From Octopus sinensis (Eukaryota): a stretch of 64,000 nt of DNA. A program made the position numbers and the translations under genes. Positions 39,747 through 52,857 of the stretch are shown here, piece by piece. Every line of letters begins with the position of its first letter. Positions within the stretch are counted from its first letter, which is position 1. The notes under the pieces are model-generated. The model worked only from the letters and a program-made list of their open reading frames with translations, was not told where the DNA came from and made no database searches. The stretch spans positions 46,314,001 through 46,378,000 of the forward strand of contig NC_043012.1 in the NCBI RefSeq assembly GCF_006345805.1, given 5' to 3'.

Positions 39747-40614
39747 ATTATTATTATTATTATTATTATTAACAGCGGTAAATCTAAATAATTGATAATA
39801 ACAATAACAATAATTTTAGTGGCAGCAAGCGATATTAGAATTAAACAGATGTACATTAAATTCTAAATTATATTAAAGGGTACACGAAGCACCAGCTTGC
39901 TATACTTTATTCTATGTTCTCTTAGCTGCGATGATGTGTTAACTTTCACTCGTTTGCCCGATTTTGTTGGTCCGGTACATATTTGTACGGAGATTAGTGG
40001 TTAAGTTGGGAGTTTTTTGTTCCACATTATAGCAAGCTCGTGTTTCGTGTACCTTCTAATATAATTCACACACACACAGACACACACACACACACATATA
40101 TATATGTATATATGTATATATGTATATATGGATATATATATATGTGTGTGTGTGTGTATGTATATATACATATATATGCATATACATACAGCATACACAA
40201 TAAAAGACACATAAATTTACACACTTACACATTCGCGGACGCAATTTTATATATCTAAATCGATTGGCGAATATTATCTCCGAGATACAAATTCTGGATT
40301 CAGTTTTAGGATCTTCAACATCATAAAAAGGAAACTGTTTGACTTAATTACAATTGTAGCTATAATTAATTGAAGTTTTCCACCAATTGTGTTGCATATA
40401 GAAAACTGATAATATATACATACCAACACATTTATTCTCACGATGCTTGTGTTTCGACAATTTTCCAAATTCTTTTGTTGAGATATTTCTATCAGTGGGC
40501 ACTGTCATCAATTAATAGGTTTTTTTTATCATACATAGATCTTTCATTACGATGTTTGGCACGTTAACATTTATTTCTCCCTCTATATATCCTATTATCC
40601 TTTAGGATGGTAAC

Positions 40615-40880
40615 ATTCTCACCTAGAGTGGTTGGCTGTGGATGGTGTTCATACCAGTTCACAGTGTACTAGATATCATAGTTAGGGTATATTACTCATG
40701 GCAAGTTGGTTATCACAGAGTCTACACATCGGGGTTTCCTTTTTGTGCGTGATATTAGCTTGATAGTTCCAGGTAGAGAGAGCTTGATTTTGTGCCGCTA
40801 GGATAACGACTGTTTCGGCTTTCAAGCCAGTGTTCTGCAGGCACTGATGTTCATCAGCATCTCCGTGCACTGACCAAACC
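40615..40880 (-). mobile_element. Short R4-type LINE fragment
   Basis: GLKAETVVILAAQNQALSTWNYQAN...CRLCD. Confidence 0.7.
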
Positions 40881-41507
40881 ACATATTTTACTTAAACAGA
40901 AAGGTGAAAGCGGGCAAATGAATAAAAATTCTAAAACCCCGTGCCAATGAGGGAAATAATCGAAAATTGTAAAAGACAGATATACCATATCACCGTGATT
41001 TCGAACTTTGCGAAAGAACTTCAACTTCAGCGAGTCTTACTGTCCCCAACATACTGCCGACAAGTGTCTCTCTATGGCCTTCTATACAGCGATTATAGTG
41101 TGCAAAATGGACTACGATCTCGTGGACATTATAGATGTTGAAGAGATTCGATGACGTTATGGATAATTTCCAGAAACCTCTTGTCTGTGGGTGTGACCAG
41201 AGGCATTGCCGGTTTGGGATATTCTCTAAGTCGATTGTATTGATTCAGACAATGTTGAAGGGGACGTCCTGAGGTAACGATTTGGCAGAAGTGTCACAAT
41301 CTCTTGCACATCAAGTGGGCCAACAACCAAGGGAAATGACAGATACAGGAGTGGTGTTATGAAATATCATTACCTAGAAAAATATCAGAGAATCAGTCAA
41401 CGAAGAAAGGAAAATATATGTAGTACAGTATTGTTTCTAGTTCGCGGATTTTCGCATATCGCGAGGGGTTTTGGAAAGTAAAACCCGCGATAGTCGAGAG
41501 TTTACTG

Positions 41508-41538
<31 letters not shown>

Positions 41539-41542
41539 ATAT

Positions 41543-41594
<52 letters not shown>

Positions 41595-41683
41595 ATATAA
41601 AACTTCTATAATTATAAACATAATTATGATTATAGAATATTTGTTTAACTTTGTCTATAATGGTTATTTTAAAGTATCGATCT

Positions 41684-41750
41684 ACTTGGTAAAATTATTA
41701 ATTAATTGATTAATTAATTAAATTAATCAATTTTACCCTTTTATTATTAA
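41684..41750 (+). other. Isolated terminal stem-loop of the AGGGT/ACC family (3' end of a PLE-related element)
   Basis: CTT GGTAAAATT (41688-41696) ... AATTTTACC (41729-41737) CTTTTATTATT; perfect 9-bp closing stem. Confidence 0.5.
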
Positions 41751-41984
41751 TTTGAAATTATGTGTATATATATATATATCAATTTATGTGCCCGTTTATT
41801 TGAACATCACTTGTATGTTATTGAAGTTGACTGTGGTACTTACCTCTGTTGATATATCTATATCTTTAAATGCTTGCGTAAGTGCCTATCTGCATTTTTG
41901 TGCGATTATGTATACATAAAATATGTGTATGTATACTTACATACACACACACACATATATATATATCCTTAAAATCCTTAAAAA

Positions 41985-42629
41985 TGTTTTAGCCCGAAGG
42001 CCGCGGCCATGCTGGGGCACCACCGCTGAATGAGCTACACTAGTTTGTGAATCCACCTCTGATACGTGGCACTTGATCAACAACGGAGTTCGATGCTGCT
42101 GCCCGCATCCGTGTCTCCTGTCGTGAGGTAGGTTCATCTGGGACTCCCAACAAGAAGAGATCCAGTTTAGTTTTAAAGAAACCCACATCCACACCATGTA
42201 AGTCTCTCAGGCATTTAGGGAGGATGTTAAAGAGCTGTGGTCCTCTGAAACCCAAGCTGTTGCAGTATCTGGACCTGTATTTTGATGGTGATGTTGGAAT
42301 CCTTGGCCAACGCAGCGGCGCCCCGTTCTGCGGTTGGAGTAACTTTGAATGCCAAAGTTTGGGACAAGACCCTCCAGGATTTTCCAGATGTATATCACTG
42401 CTTATCTCTCCCGCCTTCCGCTCCAGGGAGAAGAGGTTTAATACTTCAGTCTTTCCCAGTAGCTGGCATTTTGCATTGAGACGATTTTCTTTGTGTAGCT
42501 TCTCTGAGTTGCTTCGAGTTCTGCTGTTTGTTTTATATTGTGTGGTGACCAAAGTTGGGAGCAGTAGTCCAAGCGGCTGAGGACAATGTTTTCCATAGGA
42601 CCATCAGTGTCTCCTTCTCTCTTGTTCTG

Positions 42630-42630
<1 letters not shown>
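41985..42630 (-). mobile_element. CR1-like LINE 3' end
   Basis: LNLFSLERR..YQVIYIWKILEGLVPN and SLGFRGPQLFNILPKCLRDL...FKTKLDLFL...PDEP across two frames, then a 3' UTR. Confidence 0.75.
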
Positions 42631-42690
<60 letters not shown>

Positions 42691-42884
42691 GATAGATATA
42701 TAGATATAATATATACATATATATGGTATATATATTATATACATACATTATATATATGTATATATATATACATACATATATATATATATGTATGTATATA
42801 TATATACATATATATATATGTATGTATATATATATACACATATATATGTATATATATATTATATCTAATATCTATCTATCTATT

Positions 42885-42934
<50 letters not shown>

Positions 42935-43243
42935 TATATACATACATATATATATATATATTATATATAATTAATTAATACGGGTGAGAGAATTAGATAC
43001 TAATTTAATAGTATATTTATTCAACACCAAGTGGCCTAGTGCTACGAGAAACCTAGATTATTATAATTATTTATAACATATTATAATATTTTTACAAAAT
43101 AAATATAAGAGAGTGGTCACTATATTGCACACTCTAGCACCAGTTAATCCAAAAGGTTTCAACCACGAAAATACATGTTTCCCATGAAAGTCAGTACGAC
43201 TGTTAGCTCACACGGACAGGGCAAATAAAAAACAACAAAAATA

Positions 43244-44394
43244 CAGATTATTTTGGACAATTGTTTCGCTATTAATGAATTAAATGTAATATTACTTCAA
43301 AAAAATCCATTTGTAGCTCGTCAGCCAAGACTATCTGGATGAAATCCACTCAATCACACGCCAGATTTTACCATAACGATAATACGCGTGTGGTTCAATT
43401 GATTACAACCGACGTTATAATTCAAATGCCCCAACCAACAGCGCGCCAACTTTCACGGAAAACAATACAGCATTTAGAATATAATGCAGCATAATTATAA
43501 TTAATTAATAAGGGTGAGAGAATTTATACTAATTTAATAGTATATTTATTCAACACCAAGTGCCTAGTGCTACGAGAAACCTGGATTATTATAATATTTT
43601 ATAACATATTATAATATTTTTACAAAATAAATATAAGAGAGTGGTCACTATTTGCTCACTCTAGCACCAGTTAATCCAAAAGGTTTCAACCACGAAAATA
43701 CATGTTTCCCATGAAAGTCAGTACGACTGTTAGCTCGCACGGACAGGGCAAATAAAAAACAACAAAAATACAGATTATTTTGGGACAATTGTTTCGCTAT
43801 TAATGAATTAAATGTAATATTACTTACAAAAAATCCATTTGTAGCTCGTCAGCCAAGACTATCTGGATGAAATCCACTCAATCACACGCCAGATTTTACC
43901 ATAACGATAATACGCGTGTGGTTCAATTGATTACATCCGACGTTATAATTCAAATGCCCCAACCAACAGCGCGCCAAACTTCACGGAAAACAAATACAGC
44001 ATTTAGAAATAAATGCAGCATAATATATTAATTAATAAGGGTGAGAGAATTAGATACTAATTTAATAGTATATTTATTCAACACCAAGTGGCCTAGTGCT
44101 ACGAGAAACCTGGATTATTATAATATTTTATAACATATAATATTTTTACAAAATAAATATAAGAGAGTGGTCACTATATTGCTCACTCTAGCACCAGTTA
44201 ATCCAAAAGGTTTCAACCACGAAAATACATGTTTCCCATGAAAATCAGTACGACTGTTAGCTCACACGGACAGGGCAAATAAAAAACAACAAAAATACAG
44301 ATTATTTTGGGACAATTGTTTCGCTATTAATGAATTAAATGTAATATTACTTACAAAAAAAATCCATTTGTAGCTCGTCAGCCAAGACTATCTG
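43244..44394 (-). ncRNA. Three type I hammerheads in the forward units of array 2 (~43244-43337, 43771-43865, 44298-44394)
   Basis: Cores intact. The first copy lacks one G of TTTTGGGAC, so stem I is one bp shorter or there is a sequencing error. Confidence 0.88.
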
Positions 44395-44646
44395 GATGAA
44401 ATCCACTCAATCACACGCCAGATTTTACCATAACGATAAATACGCGTGTGGTTCAATGATTACATCCGACGTTATAATTCAAATGCCCCAACCAACAGCG
44501 CGCCAAACTTTCACGGAAACCAATACAGCATTTTTGGCGCGCTGTTGGTTGGGGCATTTGAATTATAACGTCGGATGTAATCAATTGGACCACACGCGTA
44601 TTTATCGTTATGGTAAAATCTGGCGTGTGATTGAGTGGATTTCATC

Positions 44647-46559
44647 CAGATAGTCTTGGCTGACGAGCTACAAATGGATTTTTTTGTAAGTAATATTACA
44701 TTTAATTCATTAATAGCGAAACAATTGTCCCAAAATAATCTGTATTTTTGTTATTTTTTACTTGCCCTGTCCGTGTGAGCTAACAGTCGTACTGGCTTTC
44801 ATGGGAACAGGTATTTTCGTGGTTGAAACCTTTTGGATTAACTGGTGCTAGAGTGAGCAATATAGTGACCACTCTCTTATATTTATTTTGTAAAAATATT
44901 ATAATATGTTATAAAATATTATAATAATCCAGGTTTCTCGTAGCACTAGGCCACTTGGTGTTGAATAAATATACTATTAAATAGTATCTAATTCTCTCAC
45001 CCTTATTAATTAATTATAATTATGCTGCATTTATTTCTAAATGCTGTATTTGTTTTCCGTGAAAGTTTGGCGCGCTGTTGGTTGGGGCATTTGAATTATA
45101 ACGTCGGATGTAATCAATTGGACCACACGCGTATTTATCGTTATGTAAAATCTGGCGTGTGATTGAGTGGATTTCATCCAGATAGTCTTGGCTGACGAGC
45201 TACAAATGGATTTTTTTGTAAGTAATATTACATTAATTCATTAATAGCGAAACAATTGTCCCAAAATAATCTGTATTTTTGTTATTTTTTACTTGCCCTG
45301 TCCGTGTGAGCTAACAGTCGTACTGGCTTCATGGGAAACAGTATTTTCGTGGTTGAAACCTTTTGGATTAACTGGTGCTAGAGTGAGCAATATAGTGACC
45401 ACTCTCTTATATTTCTAATGCTGTTTTGTTTTCGTGAAAGTTTGGCGCGCTGTTGGTTGGGGCATTTGAATTATAACGTCGGATGTAATCAATTGAACCA
45501 CACGCGTATTTATCGTTATGGTAAAATCTGGCGTGTGATTGAGTGGATTTCATCCAGATAGTCTTGGCTGACGAGCTACAAATGGATTTTTTGTAAGTAA
45601 TATTACATTTAATTCATTAATAGCGAAACAATTGTCCCAAAATAATCTGTATTTTTGTTGTTTTTTATTTGCCCTGTCCGTGTGAGCTAACAGTCGTACT
45701 GACTTTCATGGGAAACATGTATTTTCGTGGTTGAAACCTTTTGGATTAACTGGTGCTAGGTGAGCAATATAGTGACCACTCTCTTATATTTATTTTGTAA
45801 AAATATTATAATATGTTATAAAATTTATAATAATCCAGGTTTCTCGTAGCACTAGGCCACTTGGTGTTGAATAAATATACTATTAAATTAGTATCTAATT
45901 CTCTCACCCTTATTAATTAATTATAATTATGCTGCATTTATTTCTAAATGCTGTATTTGTTTTCCGTGAAAGTTTGGCGCGCTGTTGGTGGGGCATTTGA
46001 ATTATAACGTCGGATGTAATCATTGGACCACACGCGTATTTATCGTTATGGTAAAATCTGGCGTGTGATTGAGTGGATTTCATCCAGATAGTCTTGGCTG
46101 ACGAGCTACAAATGGATTTTTTGTAAGTAATATTACATTTAATTCATTAATAGCGAACAATTGTCCCAAAATAATCTGTATTTTTGTTATTTTTTACTTG
46201 CCCTGTCCGTGTGAGCTAACAGTCGTACTGGCTTTCATGGGAAACAGGTATTTTCGTGGTTGAAACCTTTTGGATTAACTGGTGCTAGAGTGAGCAATAT
46301 AGTGACCACTCTCTTATATTTCTAAATGCTGTATTTGTTTTCCGTGAAAGTTTGGCGCGCTGTTGGTTGGGGCATTTGAATTATAACGTCGGATGTAATC
46401 AATTGAACCACACGCGTATTTATCGTTATGGTAAAATCTGGCGTGTGATTGAGTGGATTTCATCCAGATAGTCTTGGCTGACGAGCTACAAATGGATTTT
46501 TTGTAAGTAATATTACATTTAATTCATTAATAGCGAAACAATTGTCCCAAAATAATCTG
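44647..46559 (+). ncRNA. Five type I hammerheads in the inverted units of array 2 (44647-44742, 45179-45273, 45555-45649, 46085-46178, 46465-46559)
   Basis: CAGATAGTCTTGG CTGACGA GCTA...TAGC GAAA CAATTGTC^CCAAAATAATCTG; cleavage after 44729, 45260, 45636, (46165) and 46546. The fourth copy reads GAAC, missing one A of GAAAC. Confidence 0.9.
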
Positions 46560-46727
46560 TATTTTTGTTGTTTTTTATTTGCCCTGTCCGTGTGAGCTAA
46601 CAGTCGTACTGACTTTCATGGGAAACATGTATTTTCGTGGTTGAAACCTTTTGGATTAACTGGTGCTAGAGTGAGCAATATAGTGACCACTCTCTTATAT
46701 TTATTATATTATATATATATATATATA

Positions 46728-46773
<46 letters not shown>

Positions 46774-46786
46774 CATACACACATAT

Positions 46787-46828
<42 letters not shown>

Positions 46829-47986
46829 TATATTATTATTTGATTGAACGCCACGCATCCATTTCCAAGTAAGTTTATATATATACATACAAAATCTCTT
46901 CGATTTGTGACACATCAGTTAGCGAGACAAATCGTTGGCAGGAAATTTATTTAAGTAGAGTTTAATATTTGTCTGGTTAAATACTGTCTTCTATTTAGGC
47001 AATTTGTTTCAGCTTTGTGTAATGAGACTTAAGTGATGCATGAAGATAGCTAGATGATAATTGGTAAGATTCTTGCATCAGCGTTAGATGGTAGTTATAG
47101 GAGACGAATTAATGACCCCATTGGAAAATATCTACTTTGGAAAACTACAATATAAGCTTCAGGCAATGATCAATACATCGGTGAATTTGTAGCAAATGAA
47201 AGCGTTATTAATTAATTTGACAAATACTGGGATATGGAAGGCAGTAAAAAGACATTAGAAGTTATTAGAGAGCATTTCATTTAATTTTGAGCTTTGTAAA
47301 TAAACGCTTATATCAATTCTGCGACTACATCTGTATATATTCGAAGCGGTTAGTGGAGATATAACCAGGTATTTTAGAGCATTCAGATGATATAAATGGG
47401 TAACTTTTCGTGGAGAGATTTTCAAATTAGTTAATATAATTAGAGATTTAGATGATTAAGGCTGGTGTTAATTCGGAGCGTTGAATGGAACTGTAATTGC
47501 GCAAAGGTGTTAGATACCTAGAAAAATAAGATAAATTCATGTGACATCTATTGTCAAAAAAAAACAACTTAAAATTAATTATGCAGATGTAATTTGACGG
47601 TGATTGTGTTTGTGCACACACACACGCACACACACACACACACACACACGCACACACACGCACGCACACACACACACACATATATGTATTTAATATGAGG
47701 ATATTTAGACCTCTTATAGGGGTAGTCTTATCCAAGAGAGCCTGGTTTAATAGATTATATATCTTCAATAACAAATTATAAAAAAAAATAGTACTAGCAA
47801 GTTTGAAAAAGGAGCGATTCAATGTATATATATTAATTTGTTAATTAATTAGCATTGCCTATAAATTGTTTTGCTTCACACCTAATTTAAATTATAAAAC
47901 ATATATAATAATATAAGTTTTCATTTTAACTATCATTGGTAGAAGACTTTCAGGGCAATATGGACATTACATTTTGAGCAGATGAT

Positions 47987-48031
<45 letters not shown>

Positions 48032-48199
48032 TATATATATGCATGTCTGCGTATTTATGCGCACGTGTGAGTGTGTGAGCTTTTTGTGCCTTTTTCGGGA
48101 AAGCATTCATGAGGTATATCGATTATACAATTTCACTTACTCATGGTCTAACCCTCACAGTCGATCTATCGACTCGAGCATTTGTGGATTTGGGTAATC

Positions 48200-48950
48200 C
48201 GTGGAAATTACTCTATTTGATTACAGGGTTGCATATATAATATTCCTCCTTGTCTGTGAGGGAATCTTGGAATTCATTGATTTGTCTTCTGATTTTATTC
48301 ATTATTGTTTTTTCTGAGTGTCTTGGTTCTTCCTTGTAGTAGGTTTGGTTTGTTAATATCTCCAATATTTTATCTTTATAATAGTCTTTGTCCATGATTA
48401 CTATCCCCTCTCCCTGATCGGCTTCTTTTAGGATGATTAAATTGTCATTCTTCAGTGATTGCAAGTTTTCCTTTTCTTCTTCATGAAGGTTTAGCTTGCA
48501 TCTGTGGGATTGAAATTGTGTCTATATACGCGTCGAACTATTTGTCCTTTCCCTTGCAGGGGGTGAAGTGGGATTTAATTCTGACTATTGGTTCTTCATT
48601 TAAATGCTTACTGCTGAGGTGGTGGAGGTTGAAGTGTTCAATATCAAATTTCAGTTCGATGAAATTAGGGGTGGATGTCGGGGTAAACTTGAAAGCTTTT
48701 AATAGGAGGTTCATCTCATTCTTGTTGCGGTTTCTATTTGACAATTTTATGAACTTCGGGTGTATATGTGCTGTGTGTTCATTTAAATTATATGTTTTAT
48801 CGGGTCTGGTATTATCGCGTTTCTATTTTCTGATTTCGGGGTTCTGGTTCCCATGTAGATGGGAGGATGGTTGATGTATTTTATGCGAATTCCGTTGGTT
48901 ATAAGGCATTTTTTCTTCCCATCTTCCGTGTTTTTCTCCCCATTCAGGAT
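48200..48950 (-). mobile_element. Penelope-like element fragment (region upstream of the RT core)
   Basis: LLLKAFKFTPT and LKNDNLIILKEADQGEGIVIMDKDYYKDKILEIL (the KxADKG...VxMD motif). Confidence 0.8.
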
Positions 48951-49068
48951 ATATGGGATTTTATGGGATATATATATCCAAACACAGACACATAAACAAA
49001 TGCATATCTTTATATAAATAAACACACACACACATACACACACACATATATATATATATTTATGTATG

Positions 49069-49125
<57 letters not shown>

Positions 49126-49179
49126 TATATAATATATTGCCCAATTGCCACTCAGCTGGACCACACAACCACTCATGCG

Positions 49180-49223
<44 letters not shown>

Positions 49224-50620
49224 TAAATCTTAGAGAATAATAACTATTCCAGTTTATCAGGATATTCACTGTTTTACATTTTACAAATGCAATGTAAACA
49301 GTATCATTTATAATATTATTACATATTTGGAATTTTCAGAGTATTTTATTTTAGTTATGTTATTCCCATAATACTTAGTGCATGACAGAGTGAGCAGCCA
49401 TTTACGCAGGAACGAGAAGGAGTTAACATTATGTCGATAAGTATTCTTCCCGTGTTAATTTACTAGATTTTTTTACTAGTTTAATTCAATAAATTTATAA
49501 CGTATATAGTGATTTTTACTAAATAATCTTTTTAGATATTATTAACTTACGTTTGACATAAAAATAGTCATTTATACTTGTATATATAGGGGTAAATCTT
49601 TCACTAAATTATCAATTCCCGTAATGTTTATATAGACAGGTTGTAGAATTCGAAAGAATTCCTTAGGTTTAGCAGTTTCTATATATATCGGTATCATAAG
49701 TAAGGCGTTTAAAATTTTTAATTTTTAAAAATATATTTGTAATTTTTATATTCTTATATTTTATTCATAATCTTATTTTTCTATTTAGTATAACTTCTAA
49801 TATGTATTTTTAACTTCAGTCCTTTAATAATAATAACAATAAGATAAATAGCTTGAAGACGCACTGCTGGTTTTATGTATTAGGTATAGCCTTGATAAAC
49901 ACCCCACCAGCTCAGAAATATGAGTAGCGTTGATTAGAAATATCTTTTTGCTCAACAGACTAATAACAAGTACGTTATTTATATTTTCAAATAATTTTAC
50001 TGTATTTTATAGTAGTTTTTTTAAATGCTTATATTTTTTTATTGGATATAACTTTCGATGTGTATTCCATACAATAAGGTCATCCTGAAATAGGAGTTGA
50101 GGTTCTACTGGTAAAATCCCAAATTTGTAATAATATATATATAGTGAATCCGAGCAAAGAAGAACAAACATGAAAAACAACAACGCGGGGACGTATCATC
50201 AGACAGTCAGGAAAGGAAAAAGGATTTAACGTTTCTTCTTCAGAAATAGTGGAAAGTGCAAAAGAAGGGAAGACGAATGACAATCAAAATAAGCAATTAG
50301 ATATCAAGAGATGATGCAGTACGACATCAATTTAAATGCAGTGCCATCATCAGCTGCACAAATAAATAGAATTTTCACCAGTTGGACACATTAATATAAT
50401 TTTTCTCAAATACTTTAAACAGAGCAAAAATATGGAAGAAGTTCATGCTGTCGCTATTGTAACTAAGAATAGACTACACTTCGAAGAATGGCATGAAGCC
50501 CACTGGGGTCATAGCTTGTAAAGGATTGTGGTTCATTTCTAATTTATTTGTCCTTTTACCAACTAACTAATCTAAGACTAGAGGACTGTCTGCACATATA
50601 TATATATATATATATATATA

Positions 50621-51224
50621 TGTAGGTCCCGGGTTGATTCGGGGTTAACCACAGTAAATAAGGTACTCAATACATAGCAGAGTAAAATTAATTTATTATA
50701 TAGAAGGAGCTTCTACAGGACTAGAACTGTTTCATTCAAGAGAAATCTTCAGGAAGCTAGTTAACAAGAATTGTATTGGCATTTATACATTTAGGCAGGT
50801 TTAAAGGGGTGTTGGTGGGGGACTTTTGGGGGTAGGCATAGCGCAAAATATCATACTTGGGGGAGTGGTCAAGGAGTCAGTGTTAAATTAGATAGAAGAA
50901 TAAATAAAAAAATAAAAAAATAAAAAAATCTATAAAAAAAAAATAAATAAAAAAATAAAAAAATAAAAAATTTTTTATATATAGATTTTTTTATTTTTTT
51001 ATTTTTTTATTTATTCTTCTATCTAATTTAACACTGACTCCTTGACCACTCCCCCAAGTATGAAATTTTGCGCTATGCCTACCCCCAAAAAGTCCCCCAC
51101 CAACACCCCTTTAAACCTGCCTAAATGTATAAATGCCAATACAATTCTTGTTAACTAGCTTCCTGAAGATTTCTCTTGAATGAAACAGTTCTAGTCCTGT
51201 AGAAGCTCCTTCTATATAATAAAT
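50621..51224. mobile_element. Near-perfect palindromic insertion (~240-bp arms, left arm 70 bp longer) in (TA)n with a hammerhead-like motif in each arm
   Basis: 50691-~50930 mirrors ~50980-51224 with only 1-2 differences outside the A-rich centre. CTGAAGA (51163-51169) TTTC tctt GAAT GAAA CAGTT CTAGT. Confidence 0.8.
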
Positions 51225-52255
51225 ATATATATATATATATATATATATCACACTAGAATCGACGTGGACTCTTATTGCTGGATGTGATATGACCATATAC
51301 ATTCAAATATTTCTCAGCTGCTTCTTTTAATGTTTTCTTCTGTTCAGTTAAGGCACGCAATAGTTACAACTCGCTATAATAAACAAACCCAAAAATAGCC
51401 ACAAAATAGTTAATAGACAAACAAATAGTAGCATCTAAACCCGTTATGGACAAACTGTACCTCTCGTGACTTTCTGAACAGCACGCCAACGAAAAATAAT
51501 ATCTAATTCTTTAAAAAGTGCAGCCGACATTATGATAATCCATCACTCTTGCGGCCCACTTCTGGGAAAAGTCTGCACGTACCGATTTAAACTTCACGGA
51601 AGGACATCAACTCATGAAAACTAGAGCTCGATGCACAGTTAATTGCCTACACACAAATATTACTGTATTGTGCGTGAGTGAGGCTGTCTGTCTGTACTTA
51701 TTTATGAGTATTTCAATAGTTCAATACTAGATATTTGATGATTAATTTAGGGCGATTTACATAGCTAAATTGCTACCTAGCTAAATAGGTTTTAAACTGC
51801 CCTTGAACAAATGTGGCATACGTAAATTTTAATAACACAAAGGTAATAATTATCTATTGCTGTGCTACTTAAACAAGCAATTAATTTTAGAATTTGCTAC
51901 ACTAAGCGGCATCTTCATTATTTTCACTGTTCATAAAATATGAATATTTCATTTATTTCAGAGCAGCCGCAAGTGCAATGTTATATTTTTAAGTGTTATA
52001 CTAATTGCGTGTATATTAAATTTAAAGCAAGCATATTGATATAGTCTCAAACACACAATACTGTCGTTTAACTTTCTACAAGTGTACCATACAAGCACAC
52101 ACATTTATGTACACACGCATTTCTGTACACACATGTGTGTATGTAAGTATACATATATGCATGTATACATACATGTATGGTAAAATAGAAGCTAGAGATA
52201 AATTGACAAAGACACAGGCACACGCACGCACGCACACTCACACACACCAAGATAT

Positions 52256-52787
52256 AGAGTTGGGGTAGACAGGACAGACGATTTTGAAGTGCCTATTACT
52301 CAGCCTCGGGTGTAGGGACATATGTCCGAAAGTTATCATTCGGTCCGTGGTTTCTTAGATATTTTTTTGCAGGTGAAGCCATGGAGCTGTGGATGATAGA
52401 GCATCGCGTGTTTATCTACGTGTTTACCTGAGTTACACGTCAGGCAAACTTTCATAGAGAATCCGAATCGCTCTTCGAATCGTTCTGTAAGGCGTATTTT
52501 GCATGAAGACTTACGTTTCCACCCGTACAAATTGGTCATTGAGCAACACATGAAACCATGGGACCATTCACAGAGCAATGCTGGAGAGAGAGTGGGGGTC
52601 AACGACCAAGAACGCCTTCAGAAATGCATCAATGCAAATCGACACAACATGATGCATATTGTTTTCCACACTTCATTTTGCCAAATGTTAATTCAATACG
52701 AACACATTGATGTAAATAAAATTTGTTTGCAGCTAGATTTAATGATTTTGTGAATTGTTCAAAAACGTCTGTCCTCTCTACCGCAGC

Positions 52788-52790
<3 letters not shown>
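52256..52790 (+). mobile_element. Internally deleted Tc1/mariner element with degenerate TIRs
   Basis: Left GGTAGACAGGACAGACGATTTTGAA vs reverse complement of right GGTAGAGAGGACAGACGTTTTTGAA; TA flanks. Transposase start (MELWMIEHRVF), RSVRRILHEDLRFHPYK and end (ERLQKCINANRHN..HIVF). Confidence 0.8.

Positions 52791-52857
<67 letters not shown>

Larger units (their letters stand above)
42966..46705. repeat. Array 2 of the ~530-bp hammerhead unit: ~2.95 forward units, then five inverted units (full, short, full, short, truncated)
   Basis: Same unit as array 1 with ~13 diagnostic substitutions. Inversion at ~44533. Inverted units start at ~44533, 45066, 45441, 45973 and 46350; flanked by (TA)n. 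Confidence 0.95.

Noticed and set aside
40940-41510. pogo/Tigger-like transposase relic with a CAGTA terminal repeat
   Set aside because: Only faint similarity (VISNF..., terminal ...TTTACTGTA); too degraded to support.
44480-44580. Inversions as pure long-read chimera artefacts
   Set aside because: Not adopted as the main explanation: the arms differ at diagnostic sites, and both arrays share geometry and end points. Scattered 1-bp indels do suggest an unpolished assembly, so read validation is still needed.
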